From: Geosiphon pyriformis uo1
Lineage: Eukaryota; Fungi; Glomeromycota
NCBI GenBank assembly: GCA_016748015.1
Contig: JAAOMT010000597.1
Span: 372,001-436,000 of the forward strand
DNA length: 64,000 bases
Direction: 5' to 3'
Part shown: piece after piece, positions 49,775 through 64,000 of the stretch
Position numbering within the stretch: position 1 is the first letter of the stretch
Layout: every line of letters begins with the position of its first letter
Translations under genes and position numbers: made by a program
The notes under the pieces: model-generated
The model's database searches: none
Told to the model about the DNA's origin: nothing
What the model saw: the letters and a program-made list of their open reading frames with translations, nothing else

Positions 49775-52700
49775 TCAGATTTGTCTTATTCACAACAAAC
49801 CATTGGCATTTTCATTTTTTTTTCCTTTTTTGTAATGTACTGTATAATTAAATAGTGAAAGTTCTATTTTCTATCTGGTATGGCAGTCATCTCCAAATTC
49901 CTGCTTCTGGATTAAAGTCAATTCTTTGTAATTAGTGTATATATCAAATTTTTGACTCAAGTATTTTTTCCACTTGATAACAGCCCAATAGATAGCTAAG
50001 TGTTCCAATACTGGAGTTCCCTAGTTTTTTTCAACTGGACTTAAGCTTTTACTGGCATAAGTTACTGGATGCTTTCTTTCATCTAGTTTTTTTTGCAATA
50101 GTACTGCTCTCAATGCTTGACTAGATGCATTGGTTGTTATTATGAATGGCTTGCTATAATCTGAATAGATCAATACTAGAGCTTAAATAAGCTTTCTTCT
50201 TAATGTATCAAATGCTTTTTGCTGAATTTCTGTTCATTCATATTTGGTGTTCTTTGTTTGGAATTGGTATAGTGGTTGAGCTATTTTGGAAAAGTTCTTA
50301 ATAAAGTGGAATAATATTCCACGAATCCCAAGAATGCTTTTAATTCTGTAAGATTATTTGGTACTGAAAAGTTCTTGACAGTTTCAATCTTATCTGGATC
50401 TGTTTTGATTCCGTTTTTGCTCACAACATGTGCCAAAAACTTGAGTTCCATTTTTCTAAAGAAACATTTGGTCGCATTTAGTTTTAGTCCAGCTCTTCTT
50501 AATCTCTCAAACACTTGTTGGAAATAATGTAGATGATTATTAAATGTTTTTGAAAACACATTGGTGTTGTCTAAGTATATGACTACTGATTTCTATAGTA
50601 GCCCAGTATATACTATTTCCATTAGCCATTGGAATATTGTTGGTGTATTCATCAAGTCAAATGGTATTACTTCAAATTCAAAGTTTCCTTCCCAAGTTGT
50701 AAAAGCCATTTTTTTTTTGTCTTTTGGTTTCATGGCTACTTGTCAGTAACTGCTGTCTAAGTCTAAAGTTGAGAACCATTTCTTCCCTCCAAAAGCATCA
50801 AACAGCTTTTAAATTTTTAGAGTTGGGTAGCTATCATCTTTGGTTACTCTATTCAATTTCTGGTAATCCACACAAAAGCAAATTTTTCCATTCTTTTTAT
50901 GGACTAGTACCACTGGTAACGACCATGGACTCATTGATGATTGAATTAATCCATTGTCAAGCATCCAATTGATTTCTTAACAAATAATCTCATGGCTGGC
51001 TAGTGGTACTCTGTATGCTCTTTGTTTGATTGACATTGTATCTCCAGTTTTAATCTGGTGTTGAATGATGTTAGTTTTGCCAAATTTATTTTTGCTGGCA
51101 AAGATGTCATTAAAGTTGTTGAGCAACATCTTGAGCTGCATACATTAAAGTGGATTCAAGTTTCTCATGTTCATCTGTTCCAATTGTTCTGGTTGAAGCA
51201 GATAACATTTTTCTTATTTATATATTGTTTGTAATGTAATGTCTACATATCTGCACAGTTGTGGAAAGTCTGGAATGATGTTTGGGAGTTAGTCTTCAAT
51301 TTCTATGGTCAAGTATCTAATGGTGGTTCCTGCCAGTATCTCGATGATATCTCCTGTATTATTGTAAATGGGAATTTTGATGTGACTGTGATTCTTTGCT
51401 GGTATGTGTAAGTTGACCAAGCCAATTTCTCTTGATTCACAAAGTGTTGCTTTTGCCTCAAAAATCTGAACCTGATCCTTCACTTTTCTCTTTATAACTA
51501 CTATGTACTGGTTATATGGTGAAATAGAAATTAGTTGATGGGTGGAAATAATTTTTTCCTTGTCAATAATTTTTTCCTCTGCCATATTAACTGATACATT
51601 TATTTTACCTGTTGATTTGAATTCTTGTATCTCTCTAGCCATAATCTTTAACTCTTCCCTGTTTTCTACTAATACTAATTAAGCTATTTTCACCAGAGGC
51701 AGGAATATTGTCTGTGCTATTTTTTTGTTTGATTCTATGATATAGGTCTTTTCTGAATCATTTTGTAGCATTGCAATGATATTTCCTACATATCCTGCAT
51801 CAATTATTCTTCCTCTGATATTAATTCCTCTTTTTACTAAACTACTTCTAGATACTAGTTGAACCATTGTTGTTGCTGGGATTTTTAATGCTATTTTGAG
51901 ATCAATACATGTATGCAAGTGTGGTTCCAATTTGATGATGTTTTTCCTTGGATATCTCAGATCAAACCTGGCATTAGTATCATGTACACATTCTGGCATA
52001 ATACCTTTATTATTATCATTAAACCATTTAATTTCTTGTTCCTTGGTAAGATCAGAAAGTACAATATATGTTTCAGGGTTTGAATTGGAATTCGAATTGC
52101 TATATTTTCTATTGCTACATTGAGCAGAACTGGAACTATTGTTTTTATTGTCGTTGTTGTCAGAGTTTGAATCAGGATTGAAAGTTGATTCCACTTCTGA
52201 TGTGCAGCTGCTAATTGGTTCCTCCTTTTCTGGAATTGTATAGATTATGCAGATTGGTAGATTGTAAATAAGATTACACTCATTACAATATTGAAAGTCA
52301 CATAGTTTTGTATTTATTTCTTCCAACTGCTGCTTTTGTTCCTCTCTAGTGAGTGCTAATTCCTGGTAGTGTTCATAGAATTGTTTTGGATTCAGAAGGT
52401 TTATAACTGGTTCTGGATCCCAGTCAAGTTTTATGGGTTCTGGAGGGTTATTTTTGATCATCTTTATTTCTTCTGGTGATGTTCTTTCAATTTTGGCAAG
52501 AGCCATTCGCCAAATTTTGTCATTGTCATGTGGACATCTATCTAAGCATTTGACTGCTTATTTCCAGGCAGCATCTATGGACATTTTTTTTCTAATCCAG
52601 TTGTTTATGAAAATTGTGTACTGACACAATTTGTTACACATTTCTCTTCATCCAAGAATGTTGTTCTACATTCCTTTGTCTAAAAGAGTTTCTTCACTAG

Positions 52701-55700
52701 CCAAGCAGGATTTGTTATTCTATTTTTTTATTTGTTTTGGCCTTCCAAAACGTTCTATGACACATAGGCAACAGTAGAACTTGGTTGTCATTTGGTATTC
52801 CTTATTATTGCCACAGCATATGCCTATTGACAACAATTTTTTGCCACAATTGTTGTATATAAGCTTTGGCTGATAATAGTTTGGTTGTGGTGTTGTGTAA
52901 GTATATATAGGATGAGTTGAGTTTAGTAATGAATTTTCTTCTTTCTCTTTTCCTTTCCCTTTAATATTCTCTTTTTCTCATTCCTAGGTTGTTGATAATT
53001 TGTCCTGATCATTGTTGGTTCCCCAATTTTAATCATTATTCTATGTAGGTTTCTCTTTTTGCTTTCCCTTTTCTTGGTAATTCCATAAAAGCACTGGTGG
53101 TAATTTATTGTGCTTATTGTTGGCCCATGAAATTTGATATGCTTCCCAGGTAGGTTTTTTCTTTTCTTCTTCAAATTTGATCAGTGATGATGGCAAGGTG
53201 TTAGTTTTGAAGTGGCCACACATGGCTGGTACACATGTGTGTCAACCGTTCTGACTAAGTTGTAGTTCCTGCGTGATCTAGTCAAGTATGGTATTGGTTT
53301 TAGATGACCAGTCATTTCCTACTAATGTCTAATATTGTATTGCTTCTATTACTAGGACTTTGATGGGAATAATGATGCTACTGATTTCAATAGGTAAGTT
53401 ATCTATCTTACTGATCAGAGTTTTGGTCACTCCATCAGCTGTTATAATTCTGGTGCTGGCAGCTCAATCAACTTGGTAATCTAATTGGTCCATGAGTTGT
53501 CTTGTGATAATGCTGCTAGCTGATCCATTGTCTAGGATCAGTTTGATTGAATGGTTATTAACTTTGGCATTAGTGTACATGACAGTGATGGGTTTTTTTT
53601 CAAGAGCAGTTCTACTAAACAATGACATGTTTGATGGTTCCTCGGGTTCAAATGGGAAGATAGCATTCAGTAATTTGTTTTTCATAATGATTGCTGGCAG
53701 GATATTGTTGATAAGTGGCTTTTGGTTGGCTTCTGGGTTGTCAGATGTAATGTCTTCTGGGGTGACCAGAAGATTTAAATAGTTCTGAGAATTTGGATTT
53801 TGGGTGTACCCAGTGCTTGAATTCTGTTGTCAAAATCCTAATGGTTGTGTTAAGGAACTGAAGATCAGTTGATGGACTACCATTGATGATTTCCAGCTTT
53901 GTTGTGTCAGTCTTGGCCTTTGGATTCCATTTTGAGATAAGTTTTGTGGTGGTGTTGGAATTTGTTGAGACTGATAAATTACCTGAAACTGCGGTTGATA
54001 AATAGGTTGGGACTGTGGTTGATAAATGATGAGTGTTGCTAGCTGATAAAGTGGTTGTTAATAAATTTGCAGCTGTATCATAAGTATGTAATTTGGTTGA
54101 TATATTGCTAAGTTTGATTAATAACTTAGAATTGGAAACCTGTGATCGGAGTTTTAATATTGATTTTTCAATCATTGATTTTTTATTTTTAACTGACAAT
54201 TGATTCTCAAATATCTTTGTTTACCACAGTAATGGCAAATATGCATTTTCTGTTGCCACTGTTGATTGGTGGAGAATGATAGATACAACTGATTCTGGAA
54301 ATGATTTGCATTTCCTTAATTATTGTATTATTGTGGAGGTTGATAAATTGCTTGGTTGTTAGCTAAGTATCTTTCTAATTTTTGGTTGATGGAATTACTG
54401 AATTGTTTTAACTTAGAATCCAATTCAAATGATCTGTTCATCACTAGATTGATGGCTTGAGTGTGGTTAGTTTTGAGTTCTGCTGTTTCAAAATTTCTGG
54501 CATTCATAACAGTGGCTTGAAAATTGGCCAGGTGTATTGGACATATGTATTAGAGAATGCTACTGCACAGGCCTCAAATAAATTGATTTAAGATTTGTGG
54601 CACTGTAAAATAATCAGCCTGTATGGCCTGGATTTGGTGCAGATTTCTGTGGAAGCATTCTAAGTAAGTAGTGACTGCTTCATTTTCTCTTTGCTTAATG
54701 GTAGTAAAAGTGTTTGCCAATCGATTGATGCTATTATTATTACTAAAGTATTGTAGAAATGCAAGCTTGAATGCATTGAAATTTTAGGGTTTGTTGGCTA
54801 AGCTTTGATATCATGAATTGGCAGTATTCTGAAGAAAATAAAAAATGGCTTGGAGGGCTTTCATGTCATTCTATTCATTTGTTATGATGGCTTTTTTAAC
54901 ATTGTTGAGTCATATTTGGGCATTGTTTTCTTCACCAGTAAATTTTTCAAGTTTTGCTATTAGAACATAGGCCATTGGATCCAAGTTCAGTTGTTGTTGT
55001 TGTGGTTGTTATAATAGCTGTTGGGGTTGTTGGAGCAGTGGTTGAATAAGTTGCTGAAGTGGCTACAGTGGAATTGGTTCCAGTATTGGTACAATTGATG
55101 GCTGATCGATGATAATTACTGAAGGTAAGTTTCTCTGATTAATTAACTTGGGGTTTAGATTATTTGGAGTTTGCTGGGTTTGAAAATTCAGAGTTCTGAT
55201 TTCTGAATTTTTCAAGTTTAGATTTTCTGAGTTTGAAAGTTTGGGGTTTCAACTTCTGGGTTTTCAAGGATTGGGTTCTGATAAGTAAATTCTTGATCTT
55301 CAGATTTTTCTTCCTCTTCTTCCTGTTTTCCTTCTGATTCTGTTATTTTCCAAAGACTCGCAGTTTTGAAATTTGGTTGGAGTGGTGGAGATCAAAGTTC
55401 TGATGACATTGGTAATCATGACTTAAATCCTTCAAAATACGTGCTGTATGATTCTAGAAAAATTTTTTTTTTTTGTTTATTCTGAAATGGGAATCGTCCA
55501 AATGTTGATGTCATGGTTGATGTGGATGTGCCTATTGCTGAGATGTTGATGGCACTTCCTGATATATAGTGATATGATGGATTTGTTGGTAATTCTATTC
55601 TTGTTTTCTTCCAAGTTAGTAGCTGTATTTCTTTAGGCATTACTGCTGGTGTTTGTAATCTTCCTTTGCTTTTGTCTGTGTAAGTAATGGGAAATTGTTG

Positions 55701-55987
55701 TTGATGTATCTTTCAATAATTTGGTTGATTTCCTTAATGATTGGTGTGAAGCTGTGGTTTCTTGGTAAGCTGGTATGTTAAAATAATTCTGTATAAAAGT
55801 TTTCTTTTGCTGATTCGATGTTAACTGTTCCTCCTAAACAGTCTGTGATTTTATTGTTGACATAGAAGTTGAAAGCTGATTCTGCTGGGAAATGGTTATT
55901 GTTTAATCCTAATTGTTGGCTGTACTGTTGAAACAAGAATTTGGTAAATTTTAAATGGTTTGCTCCTATGTTTTCTGGTTTTGCCAC
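49775..55987 (-). pseudogene. gag-PR-Cys-rich-dUTPase-RT-RNaseH of F (dUTPase ~51610-51990)
   Basis: LDNGSAS, ARFDLRYP, SRSS, IIDAGYVGNI, KIAQ, YLDN. Confidence 0.92.
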
Positions 55988-56049
55988 TTTTGGATAATTG
56001 CTGTTGGTGCTGGTTCTCTATAGAATTATACCTCACAGGGAGCACCAAA

Positions 56050-56794
56050 TGTTACAAATAATTATTTGGAGTCTCAAAGCAAATAACAAATCCATAACTT
56101 GGTGCTTGATTGGTATTTTGGTGTTGATATCTGAAAGTTTGATTGATCTAAAGGTTTGTTGCAAAGTTTTTTGTATAATGAACAGAGATTTAATAGTTGT
56201 TTTAGTAGCCTTCTGGAATTACAATTCCATCAAATTTTTTTCTCAGTGTGGTGGCTGGTAATTTTCCTGGTAATCTATCCTCAAATCTATGAGTGTTCTA
56301 CCCTTGTTTCATGGGTCTTTTACCAGTTCCTATGATGTTTGTATCTTAGCACTTAATCCTGAATTAATTTAGTAAAACCAAAGAAATAACAAAAAGAAAT
56401 AAAAGAAAATAAAAGAAAATAAAGAAATAAACACAAACAATTACAAATTAGTATCCCGTCAATAGTCATAATCAAGAGCTATTGTTCTAGTGCAGTTAAG
56501 TATCAGTTACTATCAAGATAAAGTATTGATAGTGGAGAGTAGATTGAGATAGTAAATAATTATTTATTGATATTTGTAAATGAAAAGTTGTTTAGATTAG
56601 ATCTAAACTGAGAAGTTTCTAACTAAAGAATTCTGTCTTTTCTACCTTTAGCACTACTGCTATATATAAATAATTGAAATTTCTGGAATCTTGCAATTTC
56701 TCTTGAGAGGAATCTTGGAATTCCATATTTATTACAGCTACTTCTGATTGGCTAATTTATATGTTAATATACTCCTTATGTTCTATGAGTAACA
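56050..56794 (-). repeat. 5' LTR of F (745 bp; array collapsed to 56676-56725)
   Basis: 120 bp shorter than the 3' LTR, with the loss inside the array. Confidence 0.94.
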
Positions 56795-58714
56795 ATATTC
56801 TTTATTATAACCAAGTTATAAGCTATTGCTTTAGTACTTGAGTGCATTTTTTCTTCTAGTTTGGTTCAAATTTTCTCAAACAGTCAGTCTGCTCTAGATG
56901 CTTGTAAATCAGAGTTGGGCTTGTTGTGTCCTGACTTCCAGAATTGGTATTGAATTGAGCATCATCATATCATGAGTGTTATTTATAAAAAAAGTTTAAA
57001 GGTCAGTTGGCATAAAATTAAAGATTATTTGAATGTCTTGGACAATGAATGTGCTAATACTTTTACAAAGACTGCTTGCTCCTCTAATTGGTATCTCTCT
57101 CATTGTATTGCTAAGTGTTATATTAAGGCTGGTGGTGACATTGTTTTTACTAATTCTAGACATTTTGTTTGTGATGTATTTTGGTCTGTCTATTGGACAT
57201 ACTAGGAGATTGGTTCTGGTTCTCAAATTGTAGTGAACTTTTTGCATGCAGACATTGATTGGTTTAGATCATCTTTGGTGTAGTATTCTAATTCACATTT
57301 GGTTTCTGGCTTCACTAATAGAAGTACTGCTGATACTTATACTTATTTTATGAAGACTTTGTATTACCAGCTTCTTGTTGCTGTTTGTAAGTGTTTGTAT
57401 ACTAAGAGTTATCCAAGTATAGTATGTTTGTTTTGTGACAATATTAAGGTCTCAGATCATGCTTTCTCCTATTCATTTGATTCTGATGTTCATGTTCAAT
57501 TGCTGAACAACTATGCAGCTAAATGGAGAGTAATTTCTGGTCTGTTTTACTTAGTTTTGTGTGTATCATAATGTTTAAGTTCCTGTTTTTCTAATGTTGC
57601 CATGTGTATGGCTTTGAACAAGAGTTTTATCTTCAATAATTAGTATTGGGAATCCTTTTTTATTTTTAAAGATTCTAAAATTGCAGATTGAACGGTTGTG
57701 AACTTTGTGTACAGATTTGGTCTTGCATTCAGAAAGAAGATTTGGTTGGCTCATATTAAACACCAGACATTTATGAAGAAAAATGGACTAATTTCACATG
57801 ATGAGTCTGTTCCAGTTTCAGTGTCTGGGCTTTCTTCAATGTTTTTTGCTGGTGTAGTTAAATTGTTGGGTATTGCTAATGCTTTTAGTGTTAGTTTTGG
57901 TTTTCATAATTATTGTCAGTTTTTTTTAGGTTTAGATAATGTGATTTCAGTTCATATAGACACATAGTGTTGTTTTAATTAGCCTGAATGACTGGTCATG
58001 TGTAGAAAATGCATAATTTACACCTAGTTTAGATTACTTAGTTAATATATTATATTAGATAGTGTTTAGAGCTTACTTATTAAATAATAATAATAAATAA
58101 AAAATAAAAGATTACTTATTGGCATTTATCTATTTTTTTTAATTTGTATAATTGTAGTATTTAAAAATTATTAAATAAAAATATAACTAAAAAACACATC
58201 TAATATCTGATATTAAATTTTAAAAATATTAATGTAAGGCATAGAATTATATTAATATATTATCATTTGTTAATAGTATAAATTATTTTTCTATTTTCAG
58301 ATTTTTTAGTTATCTTTTGGAAAAATTAATAACTAAGATATTTTATGAAATTAATCTTATATATTTATACTTATTTAATTTGTTTTTTAAAGTTGAATTC
58401 TCTTTAATTAATTATATTATTCTATAATTTTGTTCTTTTTTGCTATTTATTAGTTTGTTATTCTAACCCATAACAATAATATAACAATATAGTTAAATTG
58501 TTAATATATTAAATTTTAATTAATTTTTGTTAATTTTAAAAATAAAACAAATTATATCTTTGTATATAATTTTGTTTATTTTTTTTTATTATGCTTTATG
58601 AATGAGATCCAAACACTACTTAAAACTATACATCAAAAAAATAATCTAAACTAGGTGTAAATCATGCATTTTCTATATGTAACCAACTACTTAAATCAAT
58701 TAGAACAATATTAC

Positions 58715-61700
58715 TCAGCTATATGAACTGAAACAGAATTACTAATTCCTAAAAAAAATAAACAAAACTTACAAAAGCCAAAATAAATACCAAATGTCTC
58801 AGTGATGCCAAGCAACTTGATCACACCAGCCAATAACCTTAAAGCCAAACCAGAAATCAAAACGAAAGCTGATTTATCTAGCAGGATCAAGCCATTCTTT
58901 TCTATATAAGCACAATATTTAGCACAAACTAATTAGACATTGTCTCTAAAAGCAAGACAGAGAGAATACACAAACTCAAAAATCTTCAAACTAGCAATCT
59001 TGGGATCATGGAAAACAGAGATAGTCTCATAAAACCAACTATCAAAAACAAAATCCTTAAAGAGAGCCATAATGACAGAGACATCAGAAACACTGGAAAA
59101 CAATAGCTGTAACACACATAACAAAGAATAAGAAAAGCCAAAAAGAGTCTTCCAAGAAGCTATAAAGGTATCCAATATCTGAAGATAAGTAGAATCATTA
59201 ATGTCACAAGAGAAAGCATGATCCAACACCTTTACAACATCACAATACAAACACAACACACTAGGGTAATATCAGTTATAAAGTCGCTTCTAAATGGCAA
59301 CAGGCAGCCAATGATGCAAAGCTTTCATAAAATAAGTGCATGTAAAAGCCATAGGCCTGCCAGTAAAACCAGTGACCATGTGCAAATCAAAGTGCTATAC
59401 CAATGAAAAGCTAAACCAATCAATGTTAAAAATCAGATTACTATCTAAAAACATAGAACCAGAACCAACCTCCTAATGAGCATGACAAATGGAACAAAAA
59501 ACATTGTAAACAAAGTATCTAGAATTGCCAGAAACCATACAACTATCAGCTACCAAAAAACATTCATTTAAATAGGAAGAAAAGTACCAATTAGAGAGAG
59601 AAGTGGCATCAGCATGCTTATTTTCCAAAACACTGAAGTGGCTTTTTATTTTAAGCCAAAAAACTATTAAATTTTTATTGTGAACTATATTAACAATATG
59701 TTGACATTCAATCCAACAATGATTGTAAAACTTTAGAGACACCAAACCAAGTTCCGACTTATAAGCATCCAAAGCAGATTGACTATCTGAAAACAAATAA
59801 ACAAAGCTAAATGGAGAAACACACTTTAGAGCCAATGCAATAGCTTGCATCTCTGCCAAAGTGAATAACATCAAATCCAAAACACCTATATCTAAACTCA
59901 AATCAATGTTTTCAAAAAAAACTGCAGCACCAGCCCTTTTGTTAACCCTGCCCAGATTTTTCAGAGATCTATTTATATATACCAAAAAACTGCCAGAAAA
60001 AACCCAAGAAAGCTGATCACAAACAGAGCCAAAGTCACAAGACTTAAAAATATTTAGAAAACTAACACTATTCAAAACAGTAGAATGTGTAGAAGAAGAG
60101 ATTACACCATCGAGAAATGCAATAGAAATCTTAAACCATTTAGAAGTTGGGCTGTAGAAGTTCAATATCTTTTATCACTTAAAAGTATACCAATCATAAA
60201 TAGCACCATGATAATTGTGAAGTTAATCTACAAAGACAATGCCATATCTTCAGAGAAAAGGAAGATACTTGAAAAATCTCAATTCACCAAGAACAGCAGA
60301 CATGAACACCCCACCACAGAAATAAAAAAGACTGTCAAACAAGCCATTCAGGAACAAATTGTACTCTAGAAAAATACAAACCATGCTTATCAGAAAGTTA
60401 TCAGAAGAACTAATCTGAATATGAGCAGGAAAACTCAAAAGATGAACAAAATGTCAATACAGAATTTGCAAGTCATGAAATCTGTAAGCAAACAAATGAC
60501 TTATAATCTCACCAGAATTCACAAAGCTAATAAGGGAAGTCACTTTACTCTCTAACTGAATTTGAACAAAAGATTTCAAATCATAAAATAAAAGATAGTA
60601 GATTGTATTGCCAGAAAAATTAATAGGGAGATTTAACTTGAATTTCAGGCCTTTATGAATTAAAACATCTCACTTGTTATATATACCAACTGGAACAAAA
60701 CTAAACTATGTCCTATAGCTAACAATAGAATAAAGAACAGCTAACACCAAATACAAGAACTGCTTATCCAAGACAGCCTTTTTCAGAACCAGATTGACAA
60801 AAAAGTGAACATCTAAATATGTTTTAGCCAAGCCAGACTTTAAAAAACCATCCATTGAAAGAAAGATATCCAAATATCAATGAAATTCTTCTTTTTTGGT
60901 AATAAAAATGGGCAATTCACTAATAAACAAAGAAGATTTATCAACTTTGCAATTGATAAGAATGGTCATTATTTTGTTGTTATTAATAGAGATGTTATTG
61001 ATTTGAAAAAATTCACTAGCAATATTGAAAATATGTTGAGTAGCAATCTGACTGCTACCAACTCAAATTGTTTCATCAACGAAGGCATCAGCAGTGAAAA
61101 AAGAGGAAAGCCCAGCCTGAAACTTGGCATGACCATTCCTGGAAATAAAATGAGAACTTAATCTATATTCACACATACTTTCCTGTCTTTTAATTTTGTA
61201 TAAAAAAGGATCATAAAATATATGCCATAAGAGAAGAGAAAAAATCTTTCTCTGATCTAAACTATCATGGACATGATAACCATTCATCAAACCAAAATCA
61301 GTTATAATCCTGTTGGTACAACTCCTATGAACACTACCAAAAAATTGAATAAATTTACTATACATTTTGATCAAAACCAAACTCTTCTCAAGATGTCTTC
61401 AGCCAACCAAATCATACACCTTCTGCATATTCTACAAAACCAGCCAGGGCTTCTGGTTTTTTTTCAGAGCATCTTTAACCACCAAACCAATTGCAAAAAT
61501 GAGAAAATGGGTTGTTGTACTTTTTAAAACCAAAAAATTATTTTCACAAAGAATGTTAAAAGTACTGCAAGCCAATAAAATCCTATCAGAGAAAATTTTA
61601 GATAAAATCTTGCAAGCTGTTTCAATCAAAACAATAGGCCAAGTGTTTGTTAGAACACCCTCCCACTTATACAGTTTGGGAATTATCAAGACCCAAGCCT

Positions 61701-63387
61701 CCTTCCAAAAACTGGGCACTAACTCACCATAAAGACAAGAATTCAAGAGCACCAAAAGCATATCTAAAATTGATTTGTTACAATGTTTCCAAAGCTTATT
61801 TAAGATATTTGAGAGACCAGCAGCTTTGCCATCAAGCAGATCACAAATCACACCAAAAAGTTTATCAAACTTAATCAAACACATTACACCAAAAAAAGCT
61901 TCATCAAAAACATACTTCAAAGGCTAATATTGACAAGACTATACATTAGGAATATTAGTAACTACATCATGTTTCCTAGTCCAACTCTCCATAATTACAT
62001 CTACCTTAGATTTAACCACATCAGGCTTTATAATTAGTTCATTATCAACAACCAGATAGTCCAGCACCATTTTACAGAAAGAACACTCCAGTATACTCCT
62101 AATAGTATAATCTTTATTTATCACAAAGCTTTCTATTCTCTTATTTATAGCAGACCTAATATTTGCTTTATTAGCCCTCAGAGATTCAGCAAGCTTGGAT
62201 GCATAATAAAACTTTTTAACAATATAAGGAGCAGAATGAACATAATCAAAGCTTGCACCAAAGTCTATGAAATCCTGAATAATCAAAGATTTAATATCAT
62301 TTAAAGAGCTCCATTGCTTTATAAGAGAGACAAAACTAACAATATTTTTCTCATAAAAAGCCTTAACAATTTTTGAAACCAAAAGCTTTAGCTTATGAAA
62401 CCTCGAAGAATTCTTGGTGAAAACACCATCAAAATCTTTGAACCACTTTCTTTTAAATATTTTACTAGCCAAAAAAGTCATTATTTTGCAAATAATATCT
62501 CACATTACATCCAGATCTGAGAATTTTATAGCAGCAGCAAACTCAACAGAGAACATTACAGTATTGGCTGATGTGGCTTCATTAAAATAGTTCCACTTAT
62601 TCTCATCAGCACTCTTGAAATCAAACTTCCAATAATCTTTGTTTGCTTGTCTACAAATAGAGTTCAATTGCATATTCAAAAGTCTACTCAAACTTATGGA
62701 TACAGAAACAACTTGGTAATCTGTATTAAAATGCTTACTGATTTCCAAAATATTGTGATGTATTATCACATTAACCAAATTTGAAGAAACAAATATGTAA
62801 TCAATTATTTTTATAATGCTTCTTGAATTTTCCCAAGTAGGTTTTTTTACAGCCAAGCTACCTACCAAAAAATTAACCAGCCCCAAATCAAGGCATTTTT
62901 GAAAACTTGCACACTTATAAAAACCATCCTTATTGAAATCACCACCAAGGATGATAAAAAAAGACTTGTTAATAGTCTTTGCAATAAGAGAGTTTATATC
63001 ACTAGCCTAAAAAAACTGAACCACTGAGGAAGCACCAGCATAAAGCCCCAAAATTGACACAGAAAGTTTATTTTTGAAAAGTAATTTAATAGACAGAAAC
63101 CAATCAGACATCTCAAAAACTTTGTACACATGTCTTGCCAAAGAAGAGTTCATAATAATCACAACACTAGCACCCAGATATTCAGATTCCAAACCAAAAA
63201 TAAACACCTAAACACCATCAAATTTGTTGACAATTCAAGGGCAAATCTTTCTTTTCAGTTTCAATTCTGTAAAAATAAAGACCAAATTGTCTATGTCTTT
63301 GTGCCAACAAATAATATTATTCTGTTTTACAGAATTGTTTATATCTCTGATAATGCACATAGCAATTTTCCAGATAGGACTGCTTAT
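58715..63387 (-). pseudogene. LINE ORF2: APE endonuclease, RT, RNaseH, zinc knuckle (decayed)
   Basis: LGGDFN, PTWENS..IDYIF..TDY; LIIPKLYKWEG..WPIVLIE; AFVDET; LFSDSQSAL..KIKSHFSVLENKHAD; CLYCDVVKVLDHAFSC. Confidence 0.9.
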
Positions 63388-64000
63388 TGAGAAAAGAGTT
63401 GAAAAGACACATTACTAGCCAGAACTAAACTATTAAATCAAGCAGACAAGCTCAAAATAGAAGCAAAGAGGCTTTTTAACAAATTTTTCAGTTTAACCAC
63501 ATAAGAAAAGACAAGAGGATTCAAAACAGCAGCAGTTTCACTACTAGTAGTCTTATTTAAACCCATTTCCATTATTATATTACCCTCCAGATTCTATAAC
63601 AGGGGGGTTATTAGCAGCTGACATCTAGGACTAGGCTGGAAAACTGCTGACATGAGTGATTTAAATCTCTTAGCCAACTCACCAATCTGTCCCACAAAGC
63701 TAGTAAGACTGCTTTCAATGTTGACCAACTGTAATTTTAATTTATTCATAACAAAAGGAAGAGATTCACTATTATTAACAGAACTAAAATGAGGTTTATC
63801 ATCACAAAACACATTTGTTAAATGAATTCTAACTATCAAAGCCCAAGTTTTGCCACTAAAAAACAGAAGATAGAAGATAGACACAGATTTTTTTTCATAT
63901 ATCTTAGCCAGCCTAAACTGAAAGAAAAGCTTTTTTGCTCCTGGAAGCTAACAAACTATTCAATGTCTTACAAAAGAGAGATGTATAACCTGAAGCCTTA
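63384..64000 (-). pseudogene. LINE ORF1 C-terminal part (coiled-coil-like)
   Basis: Track ORF 63594-63884 (LELQ/LVNIESSLTSFVGQIGELAKR-type heptads), directly upstream of the APE start. Confidence 0.6.

Larger units (their letters stand above)
46790..56794 (-). mobile_element. Element F (family alpha), full length, inserted in RNaseH of LINE copy 1
   Basis: LTRs 46790-47654 and 56050-56794; PBS 56031-56047; PPT 47655-47669; flanks GTGT/ATAT (degenerate TSD). Confidence 0.95.
46156..58102 (+). mobile_element. LINE copy 1, 5'-truncated (RNaseH, C-terminal zinc knuckle, 3' UTR, A-rich tail), split by F
   Basis: VYTDESL..AGTAVFFENI, WHKIKDY..NECAN, CLFCDNIKVSDHAFS; tail 58081-58102; TSD AATAAAAGATT at 46145-46155 and 58103-58113. 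Confidence 0.88.
45450..58475 (+). mobile_element. Element H (oldest beta copy): ORF3 remnant 37656-37673 + 45450-45875; 3' LTR 45846-46155 + 58103-58475, split by LINE copy 1
   Basis: Very AT-shifted homology to the 3' end of G; LTR halves rejoin at the TSD AATAAAAGATT. Confidence 0.85.
58569..64000 (-). mobile_element. LINE copy 2 (ORF1 C-terminus, ORF2, 3' UTR, A-rich tail), 5' end outside window
   Basis: T-tract near 58569-58590; 3' UTR shared with LINE copy 1. Confidence 0.9.

Overview
AT-rich eukaryotic repeat graveyard with no host gene, made almost entirely of nested, decayed retrotransposons. The style resembles a Glomeromycotina fungus such as Geosiphon; this is recollection, not a database result. 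Three Ty3/Gypsy LTR families with TG..CA ends and 4-bp TSDs are present: alpha (copies A, B, F and a solo LTR), beta (C, E, G, H) and gamma (D). Two APE-RT-RNaseH LINE copies are also present. Nesting: H contains C, G and LINE copy 1; C contains B (which contains A), D, E and the solo LTR; LINE copy 1 contains F. All three LTR families share an unusual layout: gag-pro-[Cys-rich insert]-[dUTPase in alpha/gamma]-RT-RNaseH, stop, an apparently stand-alone integrase ORF, then a ~210-240 aa non-Env ORF3 beside the 3' LTR. The top lead is that ORF3 is homologous across families but fast-evolving, and each ORF3 variant travels with its own palindromic tandem-repeat array in U3. In A vs F, ORF3+U3 diverge as a block while integrase and R/U5 stay similar. 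This suggests an element-encoded sequence-specific regulator and its cognate binding array. All ORFs are broken, mostly by C>T/G>A transitions. Coordinates and translations were worked out by hand.
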